Positions 18,826 to 30,828 of a DNA stretch of 62,459 nucleotides are shown here, one piece after another. The stretch lies in NCBI GenBank assembly GCA_963839205.1, contig CAWITU010000006.1, forward strand, positions 1 to 62,459, given 5' to 3'. How positions within the stretch are numbered: position 1 is the first letter of the stretch; every line of letters starts with the position of its first letter. The notes under the pieces were generated by a model, which saw nothing but the letters and a program-made list of their open reading frames with translations, did not search any database and was not told where the DNA came from. The translations under genes and the position numbers were made by a program. Source of the stretch: an uncultured bacterium (GTDB taxonomy: Bacteria; Patescibacteriota; Minisyncoccia; Phycocordibacterales; CAWITU01).

Positions 18826-20505
18826 ATGAACCGGATTTTCCGCTTCTTTCATTCAGAAACAAATGGCATACACCAGGCAGCATATCTGTTGGCATTTTTT
18901 TCATTTCTTTCTCAGATATTAGCTCTCTTTCGAGATAGGTTGTTGGCTGGAATTTTTGGAGCTTCGTCTTCTCTTGATATTTATTATGCGGCTTTTCGAA
19001 TTCCAGATTTTATTTTTGCTACGGTCGGGTCAATGGTTTCCATTTCTATTCTGATTCCATTTTTAACTAGATGGGGGGAATCAGACAATGAGAAAACTAA
19101 AAAATTTCTCGACTCGATGCTTTCAGGATTTTCGATAATTATGATTGTGGTCTGCGGTATCACTTTTGTCATAATTCCTTATCTTGTTAGTTTTATTCTT
19201 CCTGGTATTACAGATCCCAAAAATGTTCACGAACTAATTAATATCACAAGAATTCTCTTGTTATCACCACTTTTTCTTGGCTTCTCAAACCTTTTGGCCA
19301 CGATTACCCAAATGCACAAAAGGTTTTTCCTTTATAGTTTGAGCCCAATTGTTTATAACCTATCAATTATGGTTGGTGCAGCCTTTCTTTCAACACGCTT
19401 TGGTATATATGGCGTTATTTTTGGAGTTGTCTTTGGTTGTCTTCTCCATTTTGCCATTCAAATTCCTTATATTCTTGAAAAGGGGCTCTTACCTAGGTTT
19501 ACATTCCATCTCGATTTTAATGATATAAAAGCGGTTTCACTACTATCAATTCCTAGAACGATTGCTTTGTCAGCAAGCAATATTGCTCTAATCTTTATAA
19601 CTTCTTTTGCTTCTCTCATGTCCGTTGGTTCAATTGCAATTTTTAACTTTTCAATTAATCTTCAGTCAGTGCCACTCTCTATTATTGGAGTAAGCTACGC
19701 CTCGGCAGCTTTTCCAGTCTTGGCACTTCTATACTCCTCTGGCGAAACAAAAAAGTTTATTGACCAAACAGTTACTGCTGCTCGCCACATACTATTTCTT
19801 TCATTGCCAGTCACTACGCTCTTTATTGTTCTCCGTGCCCAGATAGTTAGAACGATTCTTGGAAATGGAATGTTTAATTGGGTTGATACTAGATTGACCG
19901 CTGCTTGCGTTGCTCTTTTTTCTATATCATTAATTGCACAAGAATTAGATCTTCTATTTGTCAGGGCATACTACGCTTCGGGTAATACTCGGAAACCTCT
20001 CTATATTAATGCGGCGACGACCGTTGGTGATATTGGTTTTCCTTTTATTTTGATTCTCATCTTTGAACATTACCCAATGTTCCAATATTTTATTGAGAGT
20101 CTTTTTAAGGTTGATGGTCTGCCGGGAACAGTAGTACTCATGCTTCCTCTTGGTTTTTCGATTGGCGAAATTCTAAATTTAGTTGTCTTCTGCTATTTCT
20201 TTAATAAGGACTTTGGAGGATTCTTAGCACCTATTTGGAAAACATTCCGTCAGTCTTTTGTGGCGTCTGTGATTATGGCTTTTGCAGCTTATATTTCACT
20301 TCCATTTTTTTCAAGTATTTTTAGTACCGACACCTTGATTGGAATCTTTTCTCAAGGATTTTTTGCGGGAATTACTGGTATTGCAATCGGTATATTAGTA
20401 TTAATGGCGCTTAAAAATAAAGAATTATTTGAATTATATGAAGTTGTACATAAGAAGATCTGGAAACCAACTGAGGTTATCGTGCCAGGTCCTGAGAGTA
20501 TATAG
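18826..20505 (+). CDS. murJ: Lipid II flippase MurJ (MviN family)
   Basis: Start taken at MNRIFRFFHSE... because the upstream part of ORF 18691 overlaps rnpB. ~14 TM helices and typical ...LALFRDRLLAGIFGAS...YYAAFRIPD. Confidence 0.85.
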   Translation: MNRIFRFFHSETNGIHQAAYLLAFFSFLSQILALFRDRLLAGIFGASSSLDIYYAAFRIPDFIFATVGSMVSISILIPFLTRWGESDNEKTKKFLDSMLSGFSIIMIVVCGITFVIIPYLVSFILPGITDPKNVHELINITRILLLSPLFLGFSNLLATITQMHKRFFLYSLSPIVYNLSIMVGAAFLSTRFGIYGVIFGVVFGCLLHFAIQIPYILEKGLLPRFTFHLDFNDIKAVSLLSIPRTIALSASNIALIFITSFASLMSVGSIAIFNFSINLQSVPLSIIGVSYASAAFPVLALLYSSGETKKFIDQTVTAARHILFLSLPVTTLFIVLRAQIVRTILGNGMFNWVDTRLTAACVALFSISLIAQELDLLFVRAYYASGNTRKPLYINAATTVGDIGFPFILILIFEHYPMFQYFIESLFKVDGLPGTVVLMLPLGFSIGEILNLVVFCYFFNKDFGGFLAPIWKTFRQSFVASVIMAFAAYISLPFFSSIFSTDTLIGIFSQGFFAGITGIAIGILVLMALKNKELFELYEVVHKKIWKPTEVIVPGPESI

Positions 20506-20535
20506 AGTCTAATCTCTGTGATATAGTTTCGTTCT

Positions 20536-22335
20536 ATGGATTTGAAGCACATCAGAAATTTCTCAATAATAGCCCATATAGACCATGGTAAATCTACCTT
20601 GGCGGATAGGTTGTTGGAGGTGACCAATACTATTGAAAAACGCAAAATGCATGACCGGGTTCTTGATGATATGGAGCTGGAAAAGGAAAAAGGGATTACG
20701 ATTAAGATGCGTCCAGTTAGGATGGAATACCAAGGTTATATTCTCAATTTAATTGATACTCCAGGACATATAGATTTTTCATATGAAGTGTCGCGCGCCA
20801 TCAAGGCAGTTGAAGGGTCAATACTTTTGGTGGACTCGACACAAGGAGTACAGGCGCAAACGCTCACGACGCTCGGGATGGCGCGCGAATCGGGTCTTAC
20901 GATTATCCCAGTTCTAACTAAGATTGATTCTCCACTCGCTCGGGTTCCTGAAGCAACTGAGGAGCTAGCGGAACTTTTAGGTAGTTCGGAGGATGATGTT
21001 ATTTTAACGTCTGGGAAAACCGGAGAAGGCGTTGAAAAACTTCTGCAGGAACTTATAAAGAGAGTGCCGCCGCCCGAGAGTCCTTCGGACTCTCCCGTGG
21101 GCGGCGGTGGAAACGATTCTCGTTCTCTTATTTTTGATTTCCAATATTCAAATCATACTGGCGTAATTATTTTTGCACGAGTAATGGATGGAACTGTCGC
21201 TAAGGGCGACGCGCTTATTTTTAAAGCTTCTGGTGAGAGATTCACTGCTCTTGAAGTCGGAGTTTTTACGCCTGACGCATCACCGAGAGAATCTCTCTCT
21301 GCTGGGGAAATCGGTTATATTGTAACTGGTATTAAAAGACCAGGTATTGCTTCAGTTGGAGATACCGTCTCTGGAATTCGTTCGAGACTTCCAGCTCTAC
21401 CTGGCTACATGACTCCGTCACCAGTAGTCTGGGCATCAATCTATCCTGAAAGCCAAGATGATTTTGAAATGTTAAAACAGGCTTTGGGAAAACTTCGATT
21501 ATCGGATTCATCTTTTACTTACGAAGAAGAATCATCGGGAACACTTGGGCGTGGGTTTAGATGTGGTTTCCTCGGACTTCTTCACCTTGAAATTATTACT
21601 GAGCGTTTGAAAAGAGAATTTAATTTAACTCTTGTTGTTGCCACACCCTCAATTACTTATGAAGTTGAATATAGGAATGGTAAAAAAGCCACGATTTATT
21701 CACCGGCATTATTTCCAGAACAACACGAAATAGTTTCGGTGCAGGAACCGTTAGTTAAAGTTAAAGTTATTACGCCATCGGAATATATCAGCCCGATTAT
21801 CCAACTATTGTTTGATCACGAGGGTGAAGTTATCGAGACCAAAACTAAGCACGATAATCGCTCGGAGCTCACTATCAGGATGCCTCTTCGGGAACTTATG
21901 AGGAATTTTTTTGATGAAATAAAAAGTGTTTCGTCGGGTTTTGCTTCGCTTTCCTATGAATTTGATGGATCTCGCAAAGCAGATGTAACTCGATTAGATA
22001 TACTGGTGGCAGAAGAAATTGTTCCCGCATTTTCACGTGTGGTAGCAACTCGAAGAATTGAGATTGAGGCTGAGAAGGCTGCCGAAAATTTATATAAAGT
22101 TTTACCTCGCCAAATGTTTGCAACCAAAATTTGGGCAAAGGGTTTAGGAAGAATTATTTCTTCAAGAACTCTTCCTGCCATGCAAAAAAATGTTACCCAA
22201 CATATGTATGGAGGGGACAGAACTCGCAAAATGAAATTATGGAAGAAACAGAAAGAAGGGAAAAAAAGAATGAAGGCCGAGGGTACGGTCAATATTCCTC
22301 ACGATGTTTTTATTAAGATGATGAAAGGAGAATAA
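20536..22335 (+). CDS. lepA: Elongation factor 4 (LepA)
   Basis: 599 aa with GTPase motifs AHIDHGKST, DTPGH and TKID, plus the LepA C-terminal domain. Confidence 0.95.
   Translation: MDLKHIRNFSIIAHIDHGKSTLADRLLEVTNTIEKRKMHDRVLDDMELEKEKGITIKMRPVRMEYQGYILNLIDTPGHIDFSYEVSRAIKAVEGSILLVDSTQGVQAQTLTTLGMARESGLTIIPVLTKIDSPLARVPEATEELAELLGSSEDDVILTSGKTGEGVEKLLQELIKRVPPPESPSDSPVGGGGNDSRSLIFDFQYSNHTGVIIFARVMDGTVAKGDALIFKASGERFTALEVGVFTPDASPRESLSAGEIGYIVTGIKRPGIASVGDTVSGIRSRLPALPGYMTPSPVVWASIYPESQDDFEMLKQALGKLRLSDSSFTYEEESSGTLGRGFRCGFLGLLHLEIITERLKREFNLTLVVATPSITYEVEYRNGKKATIYSPALFPEQHEIVSVQEPLVKVKVITPSEYISPIIQLLFDHEGEVIETKTKHDNRSELTIRMPLRELMRNFFDEIKSVSSGFASLSYEFDGSRKADVTRLDILVAEEIVPAFSRVVATRRIEIEAEKAAENLYKVLPRQMFATKIWAKGLGRIISSRTLPAMQKNVTQHMYGGDRTRKMKLWKKQKEGKKRMKAEGTVNIPHDVFIKMMKGE
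20791..20888. repeat. Long-range 12-bp perfect inverted repeat in lepA enclosing 74 nt
   Basis: TCGCGCGCCATC (20791-20802) pairs with GATGGCGCGCGA (20877-20888). Confidence 0.85.
21067..21107. repeat. Intragenic nested GC hairpin in lepA (9 + 8 bp)
   Basis: CCGCCGCCC-GAGAGTCC-ttc-GGACTCTC-ccgt-GGGCGGCGG, coding PPPESPSDSPVGGG. Confidence 0.9.
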
Positions 22336-22449
22336 CTATCTGTAACTCAAAGCCGGGAAGTAAAGGAGTATCATCGTAATAATAACGAGCACTCCAAGTA
22401 CGATTGAAATTACGTTTAGTATTTTGCGTCCGCGTTTAGTCCAAAGCAT
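22336..22449 (-). CDS. Possible 37-aa single-TM peptide
   Basis: My own translation gives MLWTKRGRKILNVISIVLGVLVIITMILLYFPALSYR. No other support. Confidence 0.2.
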   Translation of the reverse strand: MLWTKRGRKILNVISIVLGVLVIITMILLYFPALSYR

Positions 22450-22495
22450 ATAGTTCGATTAAATTAAAGTGGATAATGCTATATAATAGCTTAAC

Positions 22496-22876
22496 ATGAA
22501 GGAATTTCAAGATAAGCGTAAAACAGAAAGGCGACTTTATTCCAAATTCACGATTGTCGTCTTAGTGATCATACTACTTTTTCTTATTAAGGGCACTTGG
22601 GATATTTATCAAAAAGACAGGCAAAGCCTAAATGACTTGGCTATTTCGAATAAGGAGTTGGCTGATTTGCAAAGCCGAAATGATTATTTAAGTGGGCAAG
22701 TAGCAAAACTCGAGACTACATCGGGTCAGGAAGAAGAAATTCGCCAAAAATTTCAAGTGGCAAAGCCTGGTGAAAATGTCATAATCATCGTGCCGAGTGC
22801 TTCAGGTACGGTAGCTTCTAGTACTCCAGGTGGGGTTTTTGGAGGTATTTGGGAGTTCATTAAGAATTTGTTTTAG
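22496..22876 (+). CDS. FtsB/DivIC-like septum-formation coiled-coil protein
   Basis: 126 aa: basic N-terminus, one TM helix, then a coiled coil. Confidence 0.5.
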   Translation: MKEFQDKRKTERRLYSKFTIVVLVIILLFLIKGTWDIYQKDRQSLNDLAISNKELADLQSRNDYLSGQVAKLETTSGQEEEIRQKFQVAKPGENVIIIVPSASGTVASSTPGGVFGGIWEFIKNLF

Positions 22877-22904
22877 ATTACCCCTCGACTTCGCTCGGGG
22901 AAAT

Positions 22905-22978
22905 GCGAGATTAGTTTAGTGGTAGAACTTGTGCTTCCCAAGCATAGGGCGCCGGTCCGATTCCGGCATCTCGCACCA
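22905..22978 (+). tRNA. tRNA-Gly (anticodon CCC), CCA encoded
   Basis: Acceptor GCGAGAT/ATCTCGC, anticodon loop TTCCCAA, T-loop GGTCCGATTCCGG. Confidence 0.85.
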
Positions 22979-23016
22979 AGATTTGCTGTATCAATTTTAA
23001 AAGGTATAATACCCGC

Positions 23017-23262
23017 ATGAAAAAAGTATCACTTTACACGACACCGACGTGTGTATATTGCAAATCGGTTAAGGAATTATTCAAAGAATTTAACGTCCAA
23101 TACGACGAATACAATGTTGCGACTGATTTAGCTAAAAGACAGGAAATGGTAGACATTAGCGGTCAGCTTGGTGTGCCAGTTATAAAAATTGATGAAGAAG
23201 TCATTGTTGGTTTTGATAGGAAAGGTCTTATCAAGTCTCTCGGGGTAGAAGAAAAGAAATAA
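23017..23262 (+). CDS. Glutaredoxin / NrdH-like thioredoxin-fold protein
   Basis: 81 aa with a CVYC active site and GVPVIKIDEE pattern. Confidence 0.8.
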   Translation: MKKVSLYTTPTCVYCKSVKELFKEFNVQYDEYNVATDLAKRQEMVDISGQLGVPVIKIDEEVIVGFDRKGLIKSLGVEEKK

Positions 23263-23264
23263 CC

Positions 23265-23336
23265 GCCTTTATAGTTCAATGGATAGAACAACTCCGTCCT
23301 AAGGAGTAAATGTAGGTTCGATTCCTGCTAAAGGCA
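23265..23336 (+). tRNA. tRNA-Arg (anticodon CCU), no encoded CCA
   Basis: Acceptor GCCTTTA/TAAAGGC, anticodon stem ACTCC/GGAGT with loop GTCCTAA, T-loop GGTTCGATTCC. Confidence 0.85.
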
Positions 23337-23343
23337 TTTGCAT

Positions 23344-24207
23344 ATGATAATTCTTAAAACTGAATCTACAAAAGACTACGAACTCCTAGATTCTGGAAAT
23401 GGAGAAAAATTGGAACGTTTTGGCCAATTTGTTTTGGCGCGCCCAGATCCTCAGGCTCTCTGGTCAAAAAGACTTTCTGAGAAGGAATGGAATAGATCTA
23501 ATGCTGTATTTTTGAAAGGGGCGGAAACGAAGTGGAAAAATAAAAATGTACCTGAGAAGTGGGAAATAAATCTTTCTGATTTAACTTTCTCTATCCGACT
23601 AGGCAAATTTAAACACCCTGGAGTTTTTCCAGAACAAGCACCAAATTGGGAGTGGATGGAAAATTTAATTAAAGGAAAGAAAAATATAAGGGTACTTAAT
23701 TTGTTTGGATATACCGGTGGAGCAACGCTTGCTTGTCTTAAAGCGGGTGCGGAAGTTACCCATGTTGACGCATCAAGGGTTGCGGTTACTCAGGCTAAAG
23801 AAAACGCTGAGCTCTCAGGACTTTCCGATAAACCAGTTAGATGGATACTTGATGACGCACTAACTTTCATAAAACGAGAAATTAAACGAGGAAATAAATA
23901 TGATGGAATTATTATGGATCCGCCTGCTTTTGGAAGAGGGCCAAAAGGGGAGATTTGGAAAATAGAGGATGCCTTTATTGATTTTGTTGAGAAGACTAAA
24001 GAACTTCTTTCAAATAAACCCCTGTTCTATTTAATAAATGGTTATGCTTCGGGATATTCAGCTTTAGCTTACGAAGAAAATATAAGATCAATTCACGATC
24101 AGTTTGGAGGTGAAATTGAAAGTGGGGAATTAGCAATCGTTGAGTCGGAAAGTGGTAGGCTCCTACCAGCAGGTATCTTCGCAAGTTGGTCTGCGTCAAA
24201 GAAATAA
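23344..24207 (+). CDS. Class I SAM-dependent methyltransferase (RlmI/RlmK-like)
   Basis: GYTGGATLA SAM-binding loop and the IIMDPPAFGRG motif. A TTG at 23338 or the ATG at 23344 lies 1-7 nt after the tRNA. Confidence 0.7.
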   Translation: MIILKTESTKDYELLDSGNGEKLERFGQFVLARPDPQALWSKRLSEKEWNRSNAVFLKGAETKWKNKNVPEKWEINLSDLTFSIRLGKFKHPGVFPEQAPNWEWMENLIKGKKNIRVLNLFGYTGGATLACLKAGAEVTHVDASRVAVTQAKENAELSGLSDKPVRWILDDALTFIKREIKRGNKYDGIIMDPPAFGRGPKGEIWKIEDAFIDFVEKTKELLSNKPLFYLINGYASGYSALAYEENIRSIHDQFGGEIESGELAIVESESGRLLPAGIFASWSASKK

Positions 24208-24222
24208 GATTTCTCAAATTAA

Positions 24223-25426
24223 ATGTCGATATCTTTTAAGATTGAGAAGAAACTAAAAGGGAAACTTGGAAGAGCCGGCGTTTTAACGACTCCTCATGGG
24301 GAGGTTAAAACGCCGGCTTTTGTTTCTGTCGGAACCAAGGCGACTGTAAAGGCTATGACTCCTGAAGAAATGAGAGAAGCTAATGTTCAGATTCTAATTG
24401 CTAATACTTACCATCTATATTTGCAACCGGGTTTTGAGATTATCCAGAAAGCGGGCGGAATCCATAAGTTTATGAATTGGAATGGACCAATCATGACAGA
24501 CTCCGGTGGTTTCCAAGCTTTTTCACTCGGCGCCGCTTATGGAAAAAATATTAGTAAATTAGTTAAAGGTGGAGAAGAGTTACTGCTTACCGATCAAGAA
24601 GAAAAAAGGATGACGACGAGGCTTTCAAGATTTCTGGTATCGATGAAGGTGGAGTGATGTTTCGATCAATTATTGACGGAAGTGCACATTACTTCACACC
24701 TCAAAAATCAATTGAAATTCAGCATGCACTAGGCGCAGATATTATTTTTGCTTTTGATGAATGTACTTCACCTACTGAACCGATAAATTATCAAAAGCAG
24801 GCATTAGATAGGACACATCGTTGGGCAAAGAAGAGTTTGGAACATCATGAAAAACTAAAGATCGAGATCAAGCATTATTTGGAATTGTACAAGGAGGCAG
24901 GCATGAGGAACTTCGTAAAGAAAGTGCAAAGATAATTGGTGATATGAATTTTGCTGGTTTTGGTATAGGCGGTTCTTTTGCAAAGGAAGACATGAGTACT
25001 GCTGTTGAATGGGTGAATGGTATTCTTCCAGAGGGAAAACCTAGACATCTTTTAGGAATTGGAGAGCCAGCAGATCTTTTTGGAGCAGTTGAAAATGGAT
25101 GTGATCTATTTGATTGTGTGACACCTACTCGATTGGCTCGAAATGGTACTTTGTATACAAAAACTGGGAAAATAAATATTTTTAATGCTAAGTTTCGAGA
25201 TGATTTCTCGGAGCTAGATATTGGTTGTGAGTGTTATGCCTGTAAGAATTTTACGAGGGCATATGTTTCTCATCTTTTTAGATCTGATGAAATATTGGCT
25301 TCAACTCTAGCCTCAATTCATAATACTTATTTTTTGAATTCCTTAGTCGGAAAAATGAGAGAATCAATCTTGAATGATTCGTTTGAGGATTTTAAAAAAG
25401 AATTCTACTCCGAGTACGTTTCTTAA
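24223..25426 (+). CDS. tgt: Queuine tRNA-ribosyltransferase, two frameshifts (~24650 and the A-run ~24855)
   Basis: [33 protein letters not shown] (seen after a frame switch), GFGIGG, and the zinc site CxC..C...H across three ORFs. Confidence 0.85.
24273..24318. repeat. Intragenic hairpin in tgt (15-bp perfect outer stem + 4 bp)
   Basis: AGCCGGCGTTTTAAC-ga-CTCC-tcatgg-GGAG-GTTAAAACGCCGGCT, coding [17 protein letters not shown]. Confidence 0.95.
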
Positions 25427-25428
25427 GA

Positions 25429-27050
<1,622 letters not shown>

Positions 27051-27057
27051 TTAATTA

Positions 27058-27999
27058 TTAAACGGTTAAGGCTTCGGCACCGGCGGTGATCTCGGTGATT
27101 TCTTTGGTAATGGTTGCTTGGCGCGCTTTGTTATATGAAATGCTAAGAGATCCAATAAGCTCCTTGGCATTGTCTGATGCACTTCTCATCGCAACCATAC
27201 GAGAAGAATGTTCAGCGGCGTTGGACTCTAGGATACAACTGTAAATTTCAACATTTAAAAGTATTGGAATTATTTCTGCTAAGACAGCCTCAACTGATGG
27301 TTCAAAAAGATATTGTGCTTGTGTTTTTTTGTCAGTTTCTTTGAAAGCTTCTGGAAGTCCAGAGTAACGGCCAGATTCAGGAATAATATTTTTAATTATT
27401 TCCTCAATTGTTTTAACTTCAACTGGAATTAATTCTCTCTGAATGACTTGCTGTTTGAGTGCAGAAAGAAAGTTTGTATAAAAAATAATGACTTTGTTGT
27501 AGTTACCTGATAGGTAAGAGTCTTTAATAAATTCAGAGATTGGAACGGTTTTCTCGATTGAGGTTATGTCACCATTTCCAATAAATTCAGCTGGTACATT
27601 GTAGCCGCGGCGTTTAAAGTAGTTAACGCCGCGACGGCCGACAGCAACGATATCGGCCGTGTCTTTTTTGTCCGCGCCGCCAATAAATTTCTCGGCGGCG
27701 CTTATAACCTTACTATTCAAAGATCCAGCTAGTCCTTTGTCCGAAGTAATAACTAAAAGGCAGGTCTTACCAGTTTTTCTTTTTTGGAAGAATGGGGAGG
27801 CGGCAATTTCCCGAGCAGAAACGTGCGCTCGAATATTTTTGAGAACTTTGAGAGCGGACAATGCGTAAGGTCTCGCCGAAATTGCTGCCGCTTCACTCTT
27901 TCTCATTTTTACAGCCGAAACTGCTTCCATCGCTTTGGTAATTTGGCGAATATTCTTAGTTGCCTTTATTCGGTTTTGGATTACTCTTCCGGTTGCCAT
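27058..27999 (-). CDS. atpG: ATP synthase gamma subunit
   Basis: 313 aa, N-terminal ...IKATKNIRQITKAMEAVSAVKMRK and C-terminal ITKEITEI..GAEAL. Confidence 0.9.
   Translation of the reverse strand: MATGRVIQNRIKATKNIRQITKAMEAVSAVKMRKSEAAAISARPYALSALKVLKNIRAHVSAREIAASPFFQKRKTGKTCLLVITSDKGLAGSLNSKVISAAEKFIGGADKKDTADIVAVGRRGVNYFKRRGYNVPAEFIGNGDITSIEKTVPISEFIKDSYLSGNYNKVIIFYTNFLSALKQQVIQRELIPVEVKTIEEIIKNIIPESGRYSGLPEAFKETDKKTQAQYLFEPSVEAVLAEIIPILLNVEIYSCILESNAAEHSSRMVAMRSASDNAKELIGSLSISYNKARQATITKEITEITAGAEALTV
27606..27701. repeat. Three tandem GC hairpins in atpG (9, 8 and 8 bp)
   Basis: CGCGGCGTT/AACGCCGCG (27606-27633), ACGGCCGA/TCGGCCGT (27634-27660) and GCGCCGCC/GGCGGCGC (27674-27701). Confidence 0.9.
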
Positions 28000-28000
28000 T

Positions 28001-29533
28001 TTATTTATTAAAGTAATTTTCGCTAAAATCTTTGCAAGCTGCGTGTAAAGCCTTATCTATTTCAGGAGTGATTTCTCCTTTATCTTTGAGTCCAGAAATA
28101 ATATTCGGATTTCTCTCTTCAACAAAACGTAACAGTCCTTTTTCAAATAGTGAAACCTTTTCAACTGGAGTTGTGTCCATATAACCCTTTGTGGCGGCAA
28201 ATATAGAAACTACCTGCTCATAAAATGGAATGCTTCTGTACTGAGGCTGTTTCAAAAGTTCGGTTAGTCTGCGTCCTCGGTCAATTTTATTTTTAGTTGA
28301 TGCATCAAGGTCTTGTCCGAATTGAGCGAAAGCAGCTAATTCTCTAAACTGTGCCAATTCAAGTCGAAGTGTACCGGCCACTTTTTTCATAGCTTTGGTT
28401 TGTGCAGCCGATCCAACACGAGAAACAGAGAGACCGACGTTGATGGCAGGTCTAATACCTTGATAGAAAAGTTCTGGCTCAAGATAAATTTGTCCGTCAG
28501 TAATAGAAATAACGTTGGTTGGAATGTAAGCGGAAATATCTCCAAGTTGAGTTTCAATAATTGGAAGGGCTGTCATTGAACCACCACCATTTTCTTTATT
28601 AAGTCTGGCAGCTCGTTCGAGAAGTCTGGAATGCAAATAGAAAATGTCTCCTGGGTAAGCTTCACGGCCTGGAGGTCGTCTAAGTAAAAGAGAAATTTGT
28701 CTGTAGGCCCATGCATGTTTTGAAAGATCATCGTACACAACCAAAACATCTTTCCCTTTATTCATAAAATATTCTCCAATCGTACAGCCAGCGTAAGGAG
28801 CAATGTACTGTAGGGAAGCTGGAGAGGCAGAACCAGCGACGATAACAATTGTGTAATCCATCGCCCCAGTTTCTCTAAGGCGCTCTACGATTTGAGCAAT
28901 TTTTGATTCCTTCTGTCCGATAGCAACGTAAATACAGATAGGTGTTCCGAAACGGCTCTCATTTTTCTGATTGATGATGGCATCAATTGCAATTGCGGTC
29001 TTACCAGTTTGTCTGTCACCGATAATAAGCTGACGTTGGCCACGGCCAATTGGAATCATTCCGTCGATTGCTTTGATACCGGTATGAAGAGGAGTGTTGA
29101 CAGCTTGTCTTACAATAACTGATGGAGCAATTTTTTCTAGGGGTTGCCTTTCCATATTTTCAGTTTTGATTGGAGCCTTTCCATCAATTGGTTGGCCCAA
29201 TGGATTGAGAACGCGTCCAATTAGGGCTTCTCCAACAGGGATTGAAAGAATTTCACCGACAGCTTTAACTTTTTGGCCCTCCTTAATATTTTCCGCGTTT
29301 CCCAACACAATCGTTCCGATTGAATCTTCCTCAAGGTTCAAGGCGAGTCCAAGCACGCTTTCTGTTTCTGTTTGGAATTCAAGCATTTCTGAGGCACGAA
29401 CATTTTGAAGTCCTCTAACTTTTGCTACACCATCAGATACGCTTATAACTTCACCAACGTGAGAAACAACTGGACCTAATTCAAGTCCTGCTATCTCACT
29501 TTTTAATTGTTCAATTATTAAATTTCTATTCAT
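28001..29533 (-). CDS. atpA: ATP synthase alpha subunit
   Basis: Walker A GDRQTGKT and typical alpha-subunit sequence. Confidence 0.95.
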   Translation of the reverse strand: MNRNLIIEQLKSEIAGLELGPVVSHVGEVISVSDGVAKVRGLQNVRASEMLEFQTETESVLGLALNLEEDSIGTIVLGNAENIKEGQKVKAVGEILSIPVGEALIGRVLNPLGQPIDGKAPIKTENMERQPLEKIAPSVIVRQAVNTPLHTGIKAIDGMIPIGRGQRQLIIGDRQTGKTAIAIDAIINQKNESRFGTPICIYVAIGQKESKIAQIVERLRETGAMDYTIVIVAGSASPASLQYIAPYAGCTIGEYFMNKGKDVLVVYDDLSKHAWAYRQISLLLRRPPGREAYPGDIFYLHSRLLERAARLNKENGGGSMTALPIIETQLGDISAYIPTNVISITDGQIYLEPELFYQGIRPAINVGLSVSRVGSAAQTKAMKKVAGTLRLELAQFRELAAFAQFGQDLDASTKNKIDRGRRLTELLKQPQYRSIPFYEQVVSIFAATKGYMDTTPVEKVSLFEKGLLRFVEERNPNIISGLKDKGEITPEIDKALHAACKDFSENYFNK

Positions 29534-29537
29534 ATGC

Positions 29538-29906
29538 TTATTTAAATGCTTCGCGAAGTCTATTAATTCTGCCGCTAATTGTATTGTCTACAAAAATATC
29601 TCTAATCTGGAGTGCCGTGCCTTTGACCGAAATATTTTTTTCAACAGTCGCCCGCACAGTTCTGCCGTGAATTTCTTTTGGCATTTCGACATGGCCACTT
29701 GTTATCCCGGAGAGTTCTAAGGCATTCTCTTTTTCGTCAAACATTCTATTTAGTTCGGCGATGACTTCATCTGCTTTTTTTAGTTGATTATTCCTCTTAA
29801 GAACATGGACAAAAGAGGTGATAATTTCAGGTTTTTTGGCAGATGGAGTCTGTTCAATGACTTCAAATAAGGCTTTAGCGTATTGTTTTACGGTAGTCTT
29901 CTTCAT
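29538..29906 (-). CDS. atpH: ATP synthase delta (OSCP) subunit, short form
   Basis: Operon position between atpF and atpA, and YAKALFEV at the N-terminus. Confidence 0.7.
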   Translation of the reverse strand: MKKTTVKQYAKALFEVIEQTPSAKKPEIITSFVHVLKRNNQLKKADEVIAELNRMFDEKENALELSGITSGHVEMPKEIHGRTVRATVEKNISVKGTALQIRDIFVDNTISGRINRLREAFK

Positions 29907-30436
29907 TTGGTTTTTGCGTAAAGAGACGAAGCGTAAGCACTTTTGATAAATGAAACAGCTTCATCTGCCATCTTCTCTTGTTCTTTTTTGCCGATGACGT
30001 CTCCAACTGTTTTTTCAACTGCGGTAATAACAAGGTCAGCAACTTCTTCTTTAAGTTCAAGGCGAAGTTTTTCTCGGTCATCGTCTACTCGAGCATTGGC
30101 TGAGGTTACAATGTGAAGAGCTTCACTCTCAGCGTCTTTTATTTTTTCTTGCCTTACTCGTTCTGCTGAAGTTTCTGCTTCCTGAATAATTGTTTCGGAG
30201 TCTTTTCGAGCTTTAGATAGAATCTCGTCTTTTAAAATAGAGATTTCTTTTAATTTCTTTTCTGTTTCGTCAGTAAGGTCAGCATTCTTCTTAATATCAG
30301 ATCTTCTTTTTTCTAAAACTGCAAGAATTGGTTTGTAAGCATAACGATTGAGAAGCCACATAAGAATAGCAAAATTAATCGCTTGAGCGATTAATAATCT
30401 CCAATCAATACCTAAATTGAATAAAAGACCCGACAT
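29903..30436 (-). CDS. atpF: ATP synthase b subunit
   Basis: One N-terminal TM helix followed by a long charged helix, in the expected operon position. Confidence 0.8.
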   Translation of the reverse strand: MSGLLFNLGIDWRLLIAQAINFAILMWLLNRYAYKPILAVLEKRRSDIKKNADLTDETEKKLKEISILKDEILSKARKDSETIIQEAETSAERVRQEKIKDAESEALHIVTSANARVDDDREKLRLELKEEVADLVITAVEKTVGDVIGKKEQEKMADEAVSFIKSAYASSLYAKTK

Positions 30437-30441
30437 TCTTT

Positions 30442-30828
<387 letters not shown>

